Assembly: GCA_020891255.1 (NCBI GenBank)
Contig: BQFW01000002.1
Span: 1,302,001 to 1,366,000 of the forward strand
Origin: Entomortierella parvispora E1425
Taxonomy: Eukaryota > Fungi > Mortierellomycota
Direction: 5' to 3'
Length of the DNA stretch: 64,000 nucleotides
In this document: in pieces, positions 1 through 13,556 of the stretch
Layout of the letters: every line of letters starts with the position of its first letter
Position numbering within the stretch: position 1 is the first letter of the stretch
The notes under the pieces: generated by a model
The model's database searches: none
Told to the model about the DNA's origin: nothing
Seen by the model: the letters and a program-made list of their open reading frames with translations, nothing else
Made by a program: the position numbers and the translations under genes

Positions 1-2976
1 CTCTTGCATATGCCTTCAATTTTCTCGATGTCGAAAATGTTTGCAAACACTACCCGCTTTGCATTGAATGACGCAGTGCAGTCAGCAACGTTGGTCATGA
101 TGCCGGTTGCACCATGTAGGTCATATCGGCCGGCGCTCTCTCCACTTAGCACTTGGTAGAGATGACCAGCGCCCAGCTGTAAACCGTGGATCTTTCCCGA
201 GGAGATAGAGGGAGAGAGTCGTCTGGTGAACTCCGTTTGGCCCAACAACCGCAGCACCGCGTTGGAGATGAGTACAATTGGAGCGCGCAGGACAATGTGT
301 GGGGTATGATGACGATAATCCTCATCTTCAGCATCCCTCCAGCGGCGAGGAACATAGGGTCGCAGAAAATTAATGATCTTCTGTGCGACAAGGAGTTGCC
401 GTTCAGTAAAGGAGGTTCCTTTGTATAACGAGTCCTTGATGTGATCCATGCTGAACGTTGGGGTCGGTAACGGGGACTCGAGCAACGTCCTGACGACGGT
501 CTGCAGACGCCGAAGGGTCTTTCGACTCGGTTCCTTCTCCTTAAGGTCAGAGTTGAGAGTAATCGGACTACTTTGACTTGCATCATCTACATCCATGACC
601 CACTCCGTATCGAGTTCGTCCGCGAAGGCTTGACTCTCAAGGAGGCACATATCGAGATCATCGTCTGAAGAATCCTCCTCCGAGAACACGTCTTCCATAC
701 TCTCATCATAGGCCAGGTCAATATCCGACGCTGAAAGTCCAGCCTCAGAGATCCTCTGAAATGACTTTTTGGATTCTTTGTCAGCTTCTGGCGGCTTTGT
801 ATCGTAGAGGGCCTGGAGCGGAGCAACAAAGTGATGAAGCTGATCGGTGCGACCACTCGAGTAATATTTCGCAACTTTGTTCAGAAGCTTGCTCATGGAG
901 TGACGCCAGTGCGATCGACTTGGTTTGTCCGAGCTGGAGTCTTTGGTGGCTTTTTGCTCGTTCTTTTTCTTGACTGCACTTGACTTCCGCTCCTTATGTG
1001 CCGCCATTCGATCCGGGGCCAACCAAGCCGATAAAAGATAGCGCAGGAGATAATCAAGAGCTTTTTCATAAATCTTCCCTTCCCACAAGTTACTGATGGC
1101 GGTTGCGCATTGACGAGTATGAGCCTCGACAACTTTGGAGTACCTGTCTTTGTGGGGGGCGATCAGACCCGGGACCTTACTGTCGATGGTCTTTGCCAAC
1201 TCTAGCCATTTCGTATGATTGCCAGACTCCTTCTCTAGCCAAGTTTTTCTGCGAGCTATTGGATCCTTTTTGAACTGTGTGTAGAGTTGGCTCAGGTGGT
1301 TTTGTGATAGAACGTTGCGGATGTCGCTATGGAGACTAGAGTTCTTGTTTTCGATGTCACTCTGCAGTGCGACTATTGGTGCCACGTTAAGTATCCTTTG
1401 TTCAGGCGGGATGATGCATTCTGATGGTAAAATATCGCCCAGGCATAGGGTACCCTGTTGCCCTGAGAAGACACCGCCTGCTATCTGCAATTCAATAACA
1501 GATGAAGAGTATCAGCATCAACTTCGATATATGTAGTACAGTGCTACAACGTCAGACTCTGACATCCAGATTCAACTCACCAGGATCGTTCCAACTTGTG
1601 CCAGGAGGTAAAGCGACTGTTCAACGTCCGTTAAGTGATCCTGTGCTTCTTGAAGAAGACTAATAATTCTGCTAAAGTCTTCGTGGTTCGAAAGACCGGG
1701 ATGAAGGGCTTGCTTCATTGTGACCGTACATGTTCGCCATTCCTCAGTGTTCTCGTCATCGTCCGCAGTGTTGGGCTCAGGTTCCCTTCCTTCATCTGGA
1801 CCACATTCCTTTCTCTTCTTTCCTTTTTCAGCCTGAAGTTGGTTGTCTGCCAGACTCTGCTCGGAATTTGTCCAGATTTCGTCAAACTGTCTTTGAACAA
1901 CCTCGCACCAAACACGAAGATTGTTGTTGCTGGTAGCTGCAGTGATGTCGCTGACGACCTGCATACGCGTCAAAGACTGGTTCCTTTGTTCGATGTATAA
2001 AGCAGCGGCATCGCTTAGGGGACCTCTTGGAAGACTCTTTAGATTGGAAAGTCGGGTTTTGAACTCTTCCTTCCCTTCGTGGTCTCTTTCTTGATGCTTT
2101 CGCAGATATGGTCATCAATTTTTTTCTTCAAATGCTCGATACTAAGAGATACAAACATGAACAACGTGCAGTCAGTCATTAAAAGTCTTTTTGTGAAATC
2201 ACCCGCATAAGCTTCAGCATCAGTATCAGTCTTACCAAGACATTTCCAAAAATTCCAGTAACTCAGCTTTCCTAGTGTCGTCGGCACCACTCCTTTTGAT
2301 ACGTAGTCTTTTGTTGGCCCGGAAAGTTGCCATGTTTGTGGGTAATATAACAGCATTGGATGAAGACATTTCTTCGATTGGTTGCGGTAAGGCCAACTCG
2401 CTCGCAGGAGCAACAGCTAGTTCCTCCAACAAGTCTACTGTGTCCACTGGAGCGAGGGCCAGAAATTCGGAAAACTTAAGGTAGGAATCCACTCTGTGAA
2501 AGATTCCACAGACTGAGGGTGGAGACGATGCCTCTGTCCTGGGAGAGAATGTCCTCGGTGCGCCTCGGCAGGAAAACAAAAAGATATTGCAGTTGAGTCT
2601 GTCTGCCAGGTAGACAAGCAAGAGTTGCGTTCTTGTGGGGACGATCATAGTCGAGTTGGTGCTGTTGACTGTAAGGTGCAAGTCGTACTTCCCTCCCTGG
2701 CCTCAGAAAATGTTGGATTATGAAGTGGGCTAAGGAGTTGTTTGGGTCTGCAGGATTGACATCAACACGGAGTCCGCAGCTTCGAAGAGCTAGCAAAGCT
2801 TTCTCAGTCTGTTCTCTACAAGATTGTAGTCTGATGTCCTTGGCGGCATTTTCCAGACGAAGTCTAAAGTCGGATGGCGGCAGAGACCAGGAAGACCGGC
2901 GACTTTTGACAAGCTCGGTGAAGCTTTGAGGTGGGTCGGTACCAGGGCGCGCGACAATGTTGAATGAGAATGTCAT
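1..2976 (-). pseudogene. Large spliced ORF (~930 aa visible, 3' end off-window) with two apparent frameshifts; putative Fanzor1/TnpB-like transposon protein
   Basis: Translated by hand: ATG 2976 (MTFSFNIV); exon 2976-2236; GT-AG intron 2235-2142; exon 2141-1581; GT-AG intron 1580-1485; then a stop-free frame from 1484 to base 1 that the ORF track misses because it has no stop. Frame breaks near 2690-2698 and 2104-2110. Motifs RTCTVTMKQAL, TAISNLWEGKIYEKALDYLLRYLL, NFLRPYVPRR and FTRRLSP..HGLQLGA resemble, from memory, the N-terminal half of Mucoromycota Fanzor1-like proteins. RuvC is not visible in the window. Confidence 0.55.
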
Positions 2977-3545
2977 GGCGATGGTATAAATGGTTGCTGA
3001 TTTGGACGAGGTTCGAGTCGAGCGAGTGAATAGGTGCAATGTATGACTGACTGAATGAATGAATGAATGAGAGACGGGTGAAAGCAGTGGAATGGAGCCA
3101 GGACGCGTTTTTACGTGGTCGTGGATGGATTTGGCTGACTCCTGAGCCACCACTCCTGATTTTTTCAGAGTGAGATTAATTTACTCTCAGTTAAGGGTCT
3201 GTAACACACACGCTTTTATTGCCAATGTCACATTGCGCACCAACTTCTTTTGTCAAGAGGACATCATAGTCTTATTTATTGTCTGCAGTCGCTCAAGTGT
3301 ATGAAGCATTTTGAGCTTCAAGACCGCTCTTACAAAAGATATTAGATTTTCAAACTATTTGTCGGGACTAGATGACTTGCACCATAGAAAAAAATCTCAT
3401 TGCAAGTTCGCCACCAATTCTCAGGCCCCGGACGCACGTGACTGAAGAAGCAGGTCCTTGGACGTCCAAGCTGTTCACCCCACGCTGGCAGAGGCATCCA
3501 CAAAAAGACGACGCAGCTCTAGACAGGACCTGAAAGCTGCCTTGA

Positions 3546-5770
<2,225 letters not shown>

Positions 5771-6075
5771 TCTCTTTGAGTGTTTTTGTTACCTCCTTTG
5801 GGAACTATGGTGCAAGTCATCTAGTCCTGACAAGAATATCTCCAAGTGCAATAACTTTTGAAGGAGCCATCATGATGTCTAGAATTTTTCATAACTGTGA
5901 GCCTCACAACACAACAAATAAAACTATGTTTTCCTTCCGGTGGAAAGACCTGTGGGAGAAGAGCCATGGGCACCGTGGCGGAGCGTTGCAGAGACCCTTA
6001 AAGCCTTAAGCGTGTCATGTGACGACTGACGTGAGTTCGGATTCCGTCCTCTGGTCGTGGGCGTTGTCCGGACAT

Positions 6076-6286
6076 GCATCCCCTTAGATCCCCCACAGCT
6101 CAGGGTCTTTTGGTTGACTTTACTTATAGCCATGTAGCCATGCCTCAGGTCTGCTCTAGATCATGGGTTGGAAATAACTACACGTGACTACACGTGACAG
6201 ATTTCCCCACGTGATAACACCCACTCAAAAATCTTCGCTGGAAATAGCGACCATTTCCCTGAGCTGTGGGGGATCTAAGGGGATGC
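6076..6286. mobile_element. MITE-like element, 211 bp, with perfect 30-bp terminal inverted repeats
   Basis: 6076-6105 GCATCCCCTTAGATCCCCCACAGCTCAGGG is the exact reverse complement of 6257-6286. CAT flanks both sides (6073-6075 and 6287-6289). No convincing coding sequence inside. Confidence 0.7.
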
Positions 6287-6334
6287 CATGTCTTCCTTCA
6301 GTGCTTCAACGACGGCTAGATGAAAACCACGTGA
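6181..6334. promoter_or_regulatory. Cluster of four CACGTGA (E-box/bHLH-type) motifs upstream of the proteasome alpha-1 gene
   Basis: CACGTG at 6181, 6191, 6208 and 6328, 200-350 bp upstream of ATG 6528. CACGTGAC also occurs at ~3436, upstream of tubulin. Confidence 0.4.
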
Positions 6335-6527
6335 TCATACTTCAACGTCACCGAAAAAATGGGGTCGTGAGTATACGACAACGCGGCAACACGTACTGAA
6401 GGGACGCGCACATCGCCATCGCGCACGCCTCGAACAAAGGGAAACCAGAGCTCAACATTCCTCCGCAAACACATTTCAGGACCCTCCATTACCTTCCCCT
6501 CCACAACCACCACAAAAGCACATCATC

Positions 6528-7859
6528 ATGAGTCGAGGTGCAGGATACGATCGCCACATCACCGTCTTCTCTCCCGAGGGAAGACTCTACCAAGTCGGTA
6601 AATAACATTCGTCCACCCAACGCTTTCGCCATCCAGCCAAGACCAATGAGAGAAATGCATACATGAACCCGGGCATGAATGGGACGTCATTGGATTAATA
6701 GTTTCTCTTCCTTCTGTTGATAGAATATGCCTTCAAGGCTATCTCAAACTCTGGAATCACTTCTATCGGTGTTCGTGGCAAGGATTCCTGCGTTGTTGTT
6801 ACCCAGCGCAAAGTTCCTGTAAGAATTGAAAGACTGCAACAGAGAGAGCGGGGCATTTGACCTCAGGAGCTGAGGAAGTGAGAAGAGCAGATTTCATGAC
6901 TGCCGATATATCAGTCCAACAGTGGAATGGAAAGGAGCAACGACTGTTGTACATTGTCGGCTAACGGGGTCCATCTTTTCATATATCGTTCACTGCTAAC
7001 ACTCTTTTGATCCAACCCCTTAGGACAAGCTTTTGGACGCCTCGACAGTGAAGCATGTTTTCCCATTGACCCCCAAGATCGGATGTGTTATGACAGGACT
7101 TGTCCCTGATGCTCGATCGGCTGTGAGCAGAGCACAGAGAGAGGCCGCAGAGTACCGTTACAAGTTTGGTTATGAGATTCCTCCAGATATGCTTGCCAAG
7201 CGTATGGCCAACATCAACCAGGTTTACACTCAGCATGCTGCCATGCGTCCCCTCGGTGTTTGTAAGTTTCGGTTATATTTTCTCCGGCAGTCCTATATTT
7301 GAGATGAAGTGAATTGTTGGCCTTTTCCGTTATTTTCTAATGGCAGTTCTAACAAAAAAAAAAAAAAATCAATTGATTCATTATAGCCATGATTTTGATT
7401 GGATTGGATGATGAGCGTGGACCCCAGTTGTTCAAGATTGACCCTGCTGGATACTTTGTTGGATTCAAGGCGACCGCCGCTGGAGCAAAGCAGACTGAGA
7501 GTTTGAACCATTTGGAAAAGAAGCTGAAGAAAGAGAAGGAGTTGAACGAGGAGGAAGCCATCGAGGTACGTTATTTTATTCGGGATTAGCAATTAGGCCA
7601 GCCCCAAGGACAGCTATCGCATTCGGAGCGTCACCACGAATGACTCAATCTTATGATACACCCAATGATTCTAATGCCTTTGTCCTTCTCACGTTAATGA
7701 TAATAGCTTGCCATTACGACACTTTCCACAGTTCTTTCATCGGATTTCAAAGCTTCAGAGATTGAGGTCGGTGTGGTGTCAGTCAGGGACCCCAAGTTCC
7801 GTACCTTGGAGATCACTGAGATTGAAGACCATTTGCAGAGGATCGTTGAGAAGGATTAA
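6528..7859 (+). CDS. SCL1: 20S proteasome subunit alpha-1 (alpha type-6), multi-exon
   Basis: [29 protein letters not shown]; [20 protein letters not shown]; [18 protein letters not shown]; last exon ends RIVEKD*. Confidence 0.97.
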
Positions 7860-8473
7860 ATAGGACCGTAGTGTGAAACTAAGTAAACCAACAAATTGTG
7901 CCCAAGGGTGCCCAAACACTTTTTTCTTCTTATGTCTGAGCCTTGCGTTCAAAAGTCGGTGCAAAGGAGGGGAGCAAATGAACTCACACGACGAATAACC
8001 ACGACGAATAACCACCCAGAAGAACAGAGGAAAAGTGAGGGGGTGATGTGACGGACGGACGGGCAATGAAAAGAAGAAATTTGTTGAAAAAGCAGTACAA
8101 GAACCGGTCCAGGCTGGGACACTGGGTGCGTGCAGGCGACGATCCTCTTTTGCCTCGAACGGTAGGTTTCTGTAGGAGACGCGCACAGGCAAGGGCCCAT
8201 CCGTTCATGGAGGGTGACAGGAATGTCAGGACATGCTCATGGAGACAGCAAGATGGTGCGTGCACCCTGCAGTGCAAAGGCGTGACTGCACTCACCCTGG
8301 GTCCATGCCCCCGAGCAAAAATATTTTTTTTTCCGCCGCAGTTTTTGGATTGATCTCTCTGTTCAACGCGATCGTCATCAGGGCAACATCTCTTTTTTTT
8401 TTCCCCCCTTCTTCTTTCACATCTCTGTCCCCTCTCCACTCTTCTCATTCCACCCTAACTCATAACTCACTCC

Positions 8474-10826
8474 ATGTCCGCCCTTTCCGCTTCGAAGCAA
8501 AAGCGTCTTGCCGCCAAGGCCGCCAAGGAGGCCTCCAAGAAGTCCTCCAACGCTTCTACACCTGCCGGCACCAACGGCCGCAACACCCCCGCCCTCCCCG
8601 ACAACGACGACAATGACGGCTCCACCTTGGTTCCAGCCTTGAGCGCTTTGGATATTGCCAAGAAGAAGGGCGGTGACCGTACCTCGACCGGTGTTTTGAC
8701 TTCTCAACCCTTGTCGCGTGATATCAAGATTGAGTCCTTTTCTCTTTCGTTCCATGGACGGGAGCTGATCTCCAACACGGATATCGACCTGAACTTTGGA
8801 CGTCGTTATGGTCTTATCGGAGCCAACGGATCCGGAAAGTCGACCTTCTTGGAGTGCTTGGCTGCTCGTGAGGTGCCCATTCCTGAACATATTGATGTAG
8901 GTTTCCTTTGTTGGGAAAGGCTTCCTCTTTTCTTTTGTACTTTTTTTATTTTTTTGTGGTTGTCCTACTCTTTGCCTCCCTCTTGTCATGGAGTGTGTGC
9001 TTATCAGGGGACCAGGAAGCAAACTTGACAAGGAGCAGCTGTTCTTGCAAACAGGGATACGACGTGGTGACGCTGTAGGATTTGAAATGGTATGGTTTCG
9101 TCATCGAGCCCCCGACGGAGCCAAAAAGCACTAGACTTTTCCAAGTGTGTTCTTTGACGTTGTGTTTGTTACCATGGGGCTCGACTTTGCCCTCTTTCTT
9201 TATTGTCCCGACTTGTCTGCGTGATCGCGTTTATTTATATTCTTGTGCTGGTTACGTTTCTGAAGTGGATGCTTTGTGATCCCACCACTGCACTCTTGAA
9301 TTCATGAAGACGAAAGGCATGACGAACTGATTTGAATTGTTTACGTCTTCCCCCTTCCCCTTCCCCCTTCCTCCTCCTTGCAACTCTAGATCTACCTGCT
9401 GCAAGAGGAAGCCGCCCCCTCAGACCATAACGCCATCGAGACGGTTGTGATCGAGGCCAAGCTCGAAGTGGAGCGTTTGGAGAAACAGGTCGAGGATATG
9501 TTGGCCGAGGTCGATGGCGCCGACAATCCTTTGTTGGAGGATGTGTACGATCGTATCGAGTCTTTGGACCCCGCCACCTTTGAGACTCGCGCTGCTCAAC
9601 TGCTTCATGGTTTGGGATTCACCAAGAAGGATATGCTCAAGGCCACCAAGGACATGTCCGGAGGATGGCGTATGCGTGTGGCGTTGGCCAAGGCCCTGTT
9701 TGTCAAGCCCACGTTGTTGCTCTTGGATGAGCCCACCAACCACTTGGATCTCGAGGCCTGTGTGTGGCTGGAGGATTACTTGTCCAAGTATGATCGTATT
9801 TTGATCATCATTTCTCACTCTCAGGATTTCTTGAACGGAGTCTGCACCAACATCATGAACTTGAACCATAAGCGCAAGTTGGTCAACTATGGTGGTAACT
9901 ATGATACTTATGTCAAGACCCGTGCCGAGTTGGAGGTCAACCAGATGAAGGCCTATGTCAAGCAGCAGGAGGAAATCGCTCATATCAAGAAGTTCATTGC
10001 TTCGGCCGGTACCTACGCCAACTTGGTCAGACAGGCCAAGTCCAAGCAAAAGATCATCGACAAGATGGAGGCTGCCGGTTTGGTCGAGAAGGTTGATCCC
10101 CCAATTCTCTTCAAGTTCAAGTTCTCTGATACCGACAAGTTGCCCCCGCCAGTCTTGGCCTTTGACGAGGTCGGTTTCGCCTACTCTGGGGACATGAAGG
10201 ATGCCCTGTATAACGGAGTCAACCTCGGTATTGACATGGACTCGCGCGTGGCTTTGGTGGGACCCAACGGAGCCGGAAAGTCGACTTTGCTCAAGCTAAT
10301 GACAGGCGAGTTGACGGCAACGGAGGGACGTATTCAGCGTCATATGCAGTTGAAGCTCGGAAAGTACAACCAGCACTCTGCGGATCAGCTCGACATGGAG
10401 CTCTCGCCTATTGACTACATGCGTCGACGCTTCCCCGAGTTGCAGCAGGATACTGATTTCTGGCGCCAGCAGATTGGACGTTATGGTTTGACCGGATCCC
10501 ACCAGACTTCGCCCATTGGCCATTTGTCCCATGGATTGCAGACACGGTTGGTCTTTGCAGAGTTGGCCATGTCTCGACCCCACATGTTGCTCTTGGACGA
10601 GCCTACTAATCACTTGGATATGGAGTCGATCGATTCCTTGGCCGATGCCATCAAGAACTTTTCGGGTGGTGTGGTCCTGGTTTCTCACGACTTCCGTCTG
10701 TTGAAGGAGGTGGCAGATCAGATTATTGTTGTCGACCGTGGTGTTTCTGTCTTTGATGGTACCATTGCCGAATACAAGAAGATCTTGCAGAAGAAGTCGC
10801 GCGAGAACTCTGGCCTTGGAAACTAA
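8474..10826 (+). CDS. ARB1: ABC-F family ribosome-associated ATPase (ABCF2/Arb1)
   Basis: Two ABC cassettes (GANGSGKS and GPNGAGKS Walker A; LLLLDEPTNHLD twice) and no TM segments. Intron 8897-9389. Confidence 0.96.
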
Positions 10827-11128
10827 AAAAAACCAAAAAAAACCAAAAAAGATAAAAACAATCAAAAATCAAGAACAAGAGGAATCGAAGGCGCCCACTT
10901 TCTCAGAACCAGCATCAACAAGCAAGCACCACAACATACAGATCATTGCAATGTAGTTTCTTTCTTTTTTTCTTTTCTAAGCGGATTATTTCTTTCAAAT
11001 AGAGTCAACTCTTTCCTTCTATTTTCTCATTCATTTGTAATGTCATTATTTGATGGGAGTATATTTCTGACGTTTTTTTTTCTTGTATTTTGGGAAGAGT
11101 TGAGCGAACGGCGGGCGACATTTTTTTT

Positions 11129-13243
11129 TTAGCAATACCAATCTGCAAAAAAGTGATCCTCGTCCAAATCCAAAGGTGGTTCATCCATGCGTTGACGTAT
11201 CCAACCCATCTCGACAGGATCCTCCACATCGCGGTTGAAGTCTAAAACCGAAAAGAAACGCTGTATGACTTTGGAGGAGCTAGAGGACGCTGTGGAGGTC
11301 GACGACAAATTAGCAGCCGCCGCCGCGGCACTGGTCATAGGTTGTCGAGTCACATGCGAGGACCTCCAGGCTTGAAGGATCAGATCCATAAACTCTTGCG
11401 AGATCTCTCCACAGTTGAACATGCGAACCCGTTCAATCGAGCGCCACCGCACACTCTGGATCGACTGGCCCGTCATCAGCGGACAATCTCGGATATCCAG
11501 CACCTGGAGACTCCAAAGATCCGCCATGGCTGTCAAGGTTGGATCCCCAAGAAGGCGTTGTCCCGAAATATTGATGTTCTGGAGCTCATGACAGGCCTTG
11601 ATGACTGGGATCACGTCCTCGTCCGTCAGCACCGGTTCCGGCCCCGACAAGAGTTGAATAAACGGAATCGAAAGCGATGTCAGGTTCCGACAAAAGGGGG
11701 CAATCCCCTGTCGGAGAACAACCCCCTGAAGCGGCCGACGACCCTGCAAGACCGTCAGACCCCGCAATTGCGGGCCTAGAGTACTCAAGAGGTAGATCCA
11801 GATCTGATTGCTCCAGCTGGAATCAAACACACAGAGGTTCTCCAGCAACGGCAATGACAAGATGGCTCTCAGCAAAGGCCAGTCTCGACTAGAGTAGCCC
11901 AAGACCAAGACCCGCAGCTCTTTGAGACTCGAGATCAGTTGGAGCATGCCCGGGAACGTTGATACACTGCAATACATAGGTGACGGCATATCCAGTTCCC
12001 GAATCTTGGCGTCTTCAATCCCTCGAACAATCGCCTCCAAAACTGGAACTGATGTTGTCTTGGCCAGTTTCTCGGCCGCACTCAATTCAATTTCCTGAGG
12101 TAACTGGATGGAAAGTGTCCTGAAAGGCGAGGTGAATTGCAGCAGGGTCGAGATGTTGTCCAGCATGACACCAGTCCAGACCCCCCCTTCAATTTGCTCC
12201 AAACGCTGTTGCTGTTCCGTGGTCTCCAAGAGGTCGACTTCGACTCTCTGAATGATCTCGGTGATATCATAATTCTTTCCTGTGAGTTGAGCGGATGCAT
12301 GCGAGGAGGCAAGGAGGTGCAGTAATCTCTGACAAGTGGGGTCGAAGGGATCAGGCAGGAGCACTGCTTGCCAGATCGTTGAAAGAGCTGCAATGCGCCA
12401 GGCCATGTTGACTCGAGAGCACGCCAGGAGATCCGAGGGTTGGTATCGATCATAGTACTGTTGTGCGGTGGCCCGACTTGGCAGATGCGAAAAGATGGCG
12501 AGAAGGATATCATGTGGCAGATATGTGTTGTTGTTGTTGTTGTTGCTGCTGCTGCTACCACTGCCGCTCCCGTTCACTGTTACGTCGTCCTGGACAATAA
12601 CAATACTACTGCTACTGCTGCTCCCACCACACAGGATGATGTCGCTGCCGCCTTGGTCTCTGGTGAATCGCGAAAGCTGTTGCTGCGGTGTCTGTTGCTG
12701 TGATGATTGTTGCTGTGCAAGTCGACGGGCCGTCAGGCGCCTTGGGGTGATGTCGGGACGCGTCCTGCGCCAGGGTTGATGATATTTGGCCTGGTGTCTC
12801 TTGGAGGACTGCGACGAGAGAGACAATGGGAGGAGTATTGTTCCAGCAGCTGGTTGTCCTTCCTGTTCATGCGGTGGTGGTTCTTGTCCTTGCACTTGTT
12901 CATGCTGTTGAGATTGTTGTTGCTGTGGTGGTGGTGACGATGTAGGCGTTTCGTCCGAGGTACTGAGTTTTTCCAGGAGAGGTACGACAGCCTGGACGAA
13001 ATCCTGTGAGTGAGGTAATGAAGATGGCAGAGGCGAAGGAGACAAGGATGAGGGTATGTTGAGATAATCTAGAATCCAAGTAAGCGATGGACTGGTTTGG
13101 TCCCGGTCATGGAGGAGATTGTTCTGGGCATGGCCTTGTGGATGCGACGCGGAAGAGGACGAGGAGGATGCTGCTGCTTGCTTCGAGGCGCGGTAGTCCT
13201 TGAGCCAAGTCGAGAGGCGGGGTGCAAAGTCTGAGCGATCCAT
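11129..13243 (-). CDS. F-box/LRR (RNI-like) protein with a low-complexity N-terminus
   Basis: Single 704-aa ORF. F-box motif LPHDILLAIFSHL...LLACSRVNMAWR followed by LRR-like repeats (LQNINISG, LQVLDIRDC). Confidence 0.88.
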   Translation of the reverse strand: MDRSDFAPRLSTWLKDYRASKQAAASSSSSSASHPQGHAQNNLLHDRDQTSPSLTWILDYLNIPSSLSPSPLPSSLPHSQDFVQAVVPLLEKLSTSDETPTSSPPPQQQQSQQHEQVQGQEPPPHEQEGQPAAGTILLPLSLSSQSSKRHQAKYHQPWRRTRPDITPRRLTARRLAQQQSSQQQTPQQQLSRFTRDQGGSDIILCGGSSSSSSIVIVQDDVTVNGSGSGSSSSNNNNNNTYLPHDILLAIFSHLPSRATAQQYYDRYQPSDLLACSRVNMAWRIAALSTIWQAVLLPDPFDPTCQRLLHLLASSHASAQLTGKNYDITEIIQRVEVDLLETTEQQQRLEQIEGGVWTGVMLDNISTLLQFTSPFRTLSIQLPQEIELSAAEKLAKTTSVPVLEAIVRGIEDAKIRELDMPSPMYCSVSTFPGMLQLISSLKELRVLVLGYSSRDWPLLRAILSLPLLENLCVFDSSWSNQIWIYLLSTLGPQLRGLTVLQGRRPLQGVVLRQGIAPFCRNLTSLSIPFIQLLSGPEPVLTDEDVIPVIKACHELQNINISGQRLLGDPTLTAMADLWSLQVLDIRDCPLMTGQSIQSVRWRSIERVRMFNCGEISQEFMDLILQAWRSSHVTRQPMTSAAAAAANLSSTSTASSSSSKVIQRFFSVLDFNRDVEDPVEMGWIRQRMDEPPLDLDEDHFFADWYC

Positions 13244-13556
13244 GAAGGCCAGAAGTCAATTCCTTGCGAGGGAGTGAAGGATGTCAAAGAAACGAGAGGG
13301 CCGAAAAGGGATGAAATTGAATGAAGGAGAGAATTGAAAGGAGCAAAAGAGAAATGAAGGAGTGTGAACAGACAGGCAGACAGACAGACACACAGACAGA
13401 CAGACACACAGACACCCACAAGACACAACGATGGAGACACACAGCCAAAAGGCGACTTCAACTTTTATTTTGTCTTTTCTCCTTTCGCTCTTTTTGCTTC
13501 CTCTCCTCATTCTGACCCCCTCCCCCCCTTGTTTGCATGCAACCCCTGCGCATGTC

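Noticed and set aside
146-1132. ORF-track calls 146-586, 587-874 and 893-1132 on the minus strand
   Set aside because: They are off-frame shadows; the real frame is the uninterrupted one from 1484 to base 1.
6030-6050. GAGTTCGGATTCC as a tRNA T-loop or B-box
   Set aside because: No cloverleaf, acceptor stem or A-box could be built around it.
9240-9335. Possible C/D snoRNA in the 493-bp ARB1 intron
   Set aside because: The C-box is degenerate, with no terminal stem or recognisable rRNA guide.
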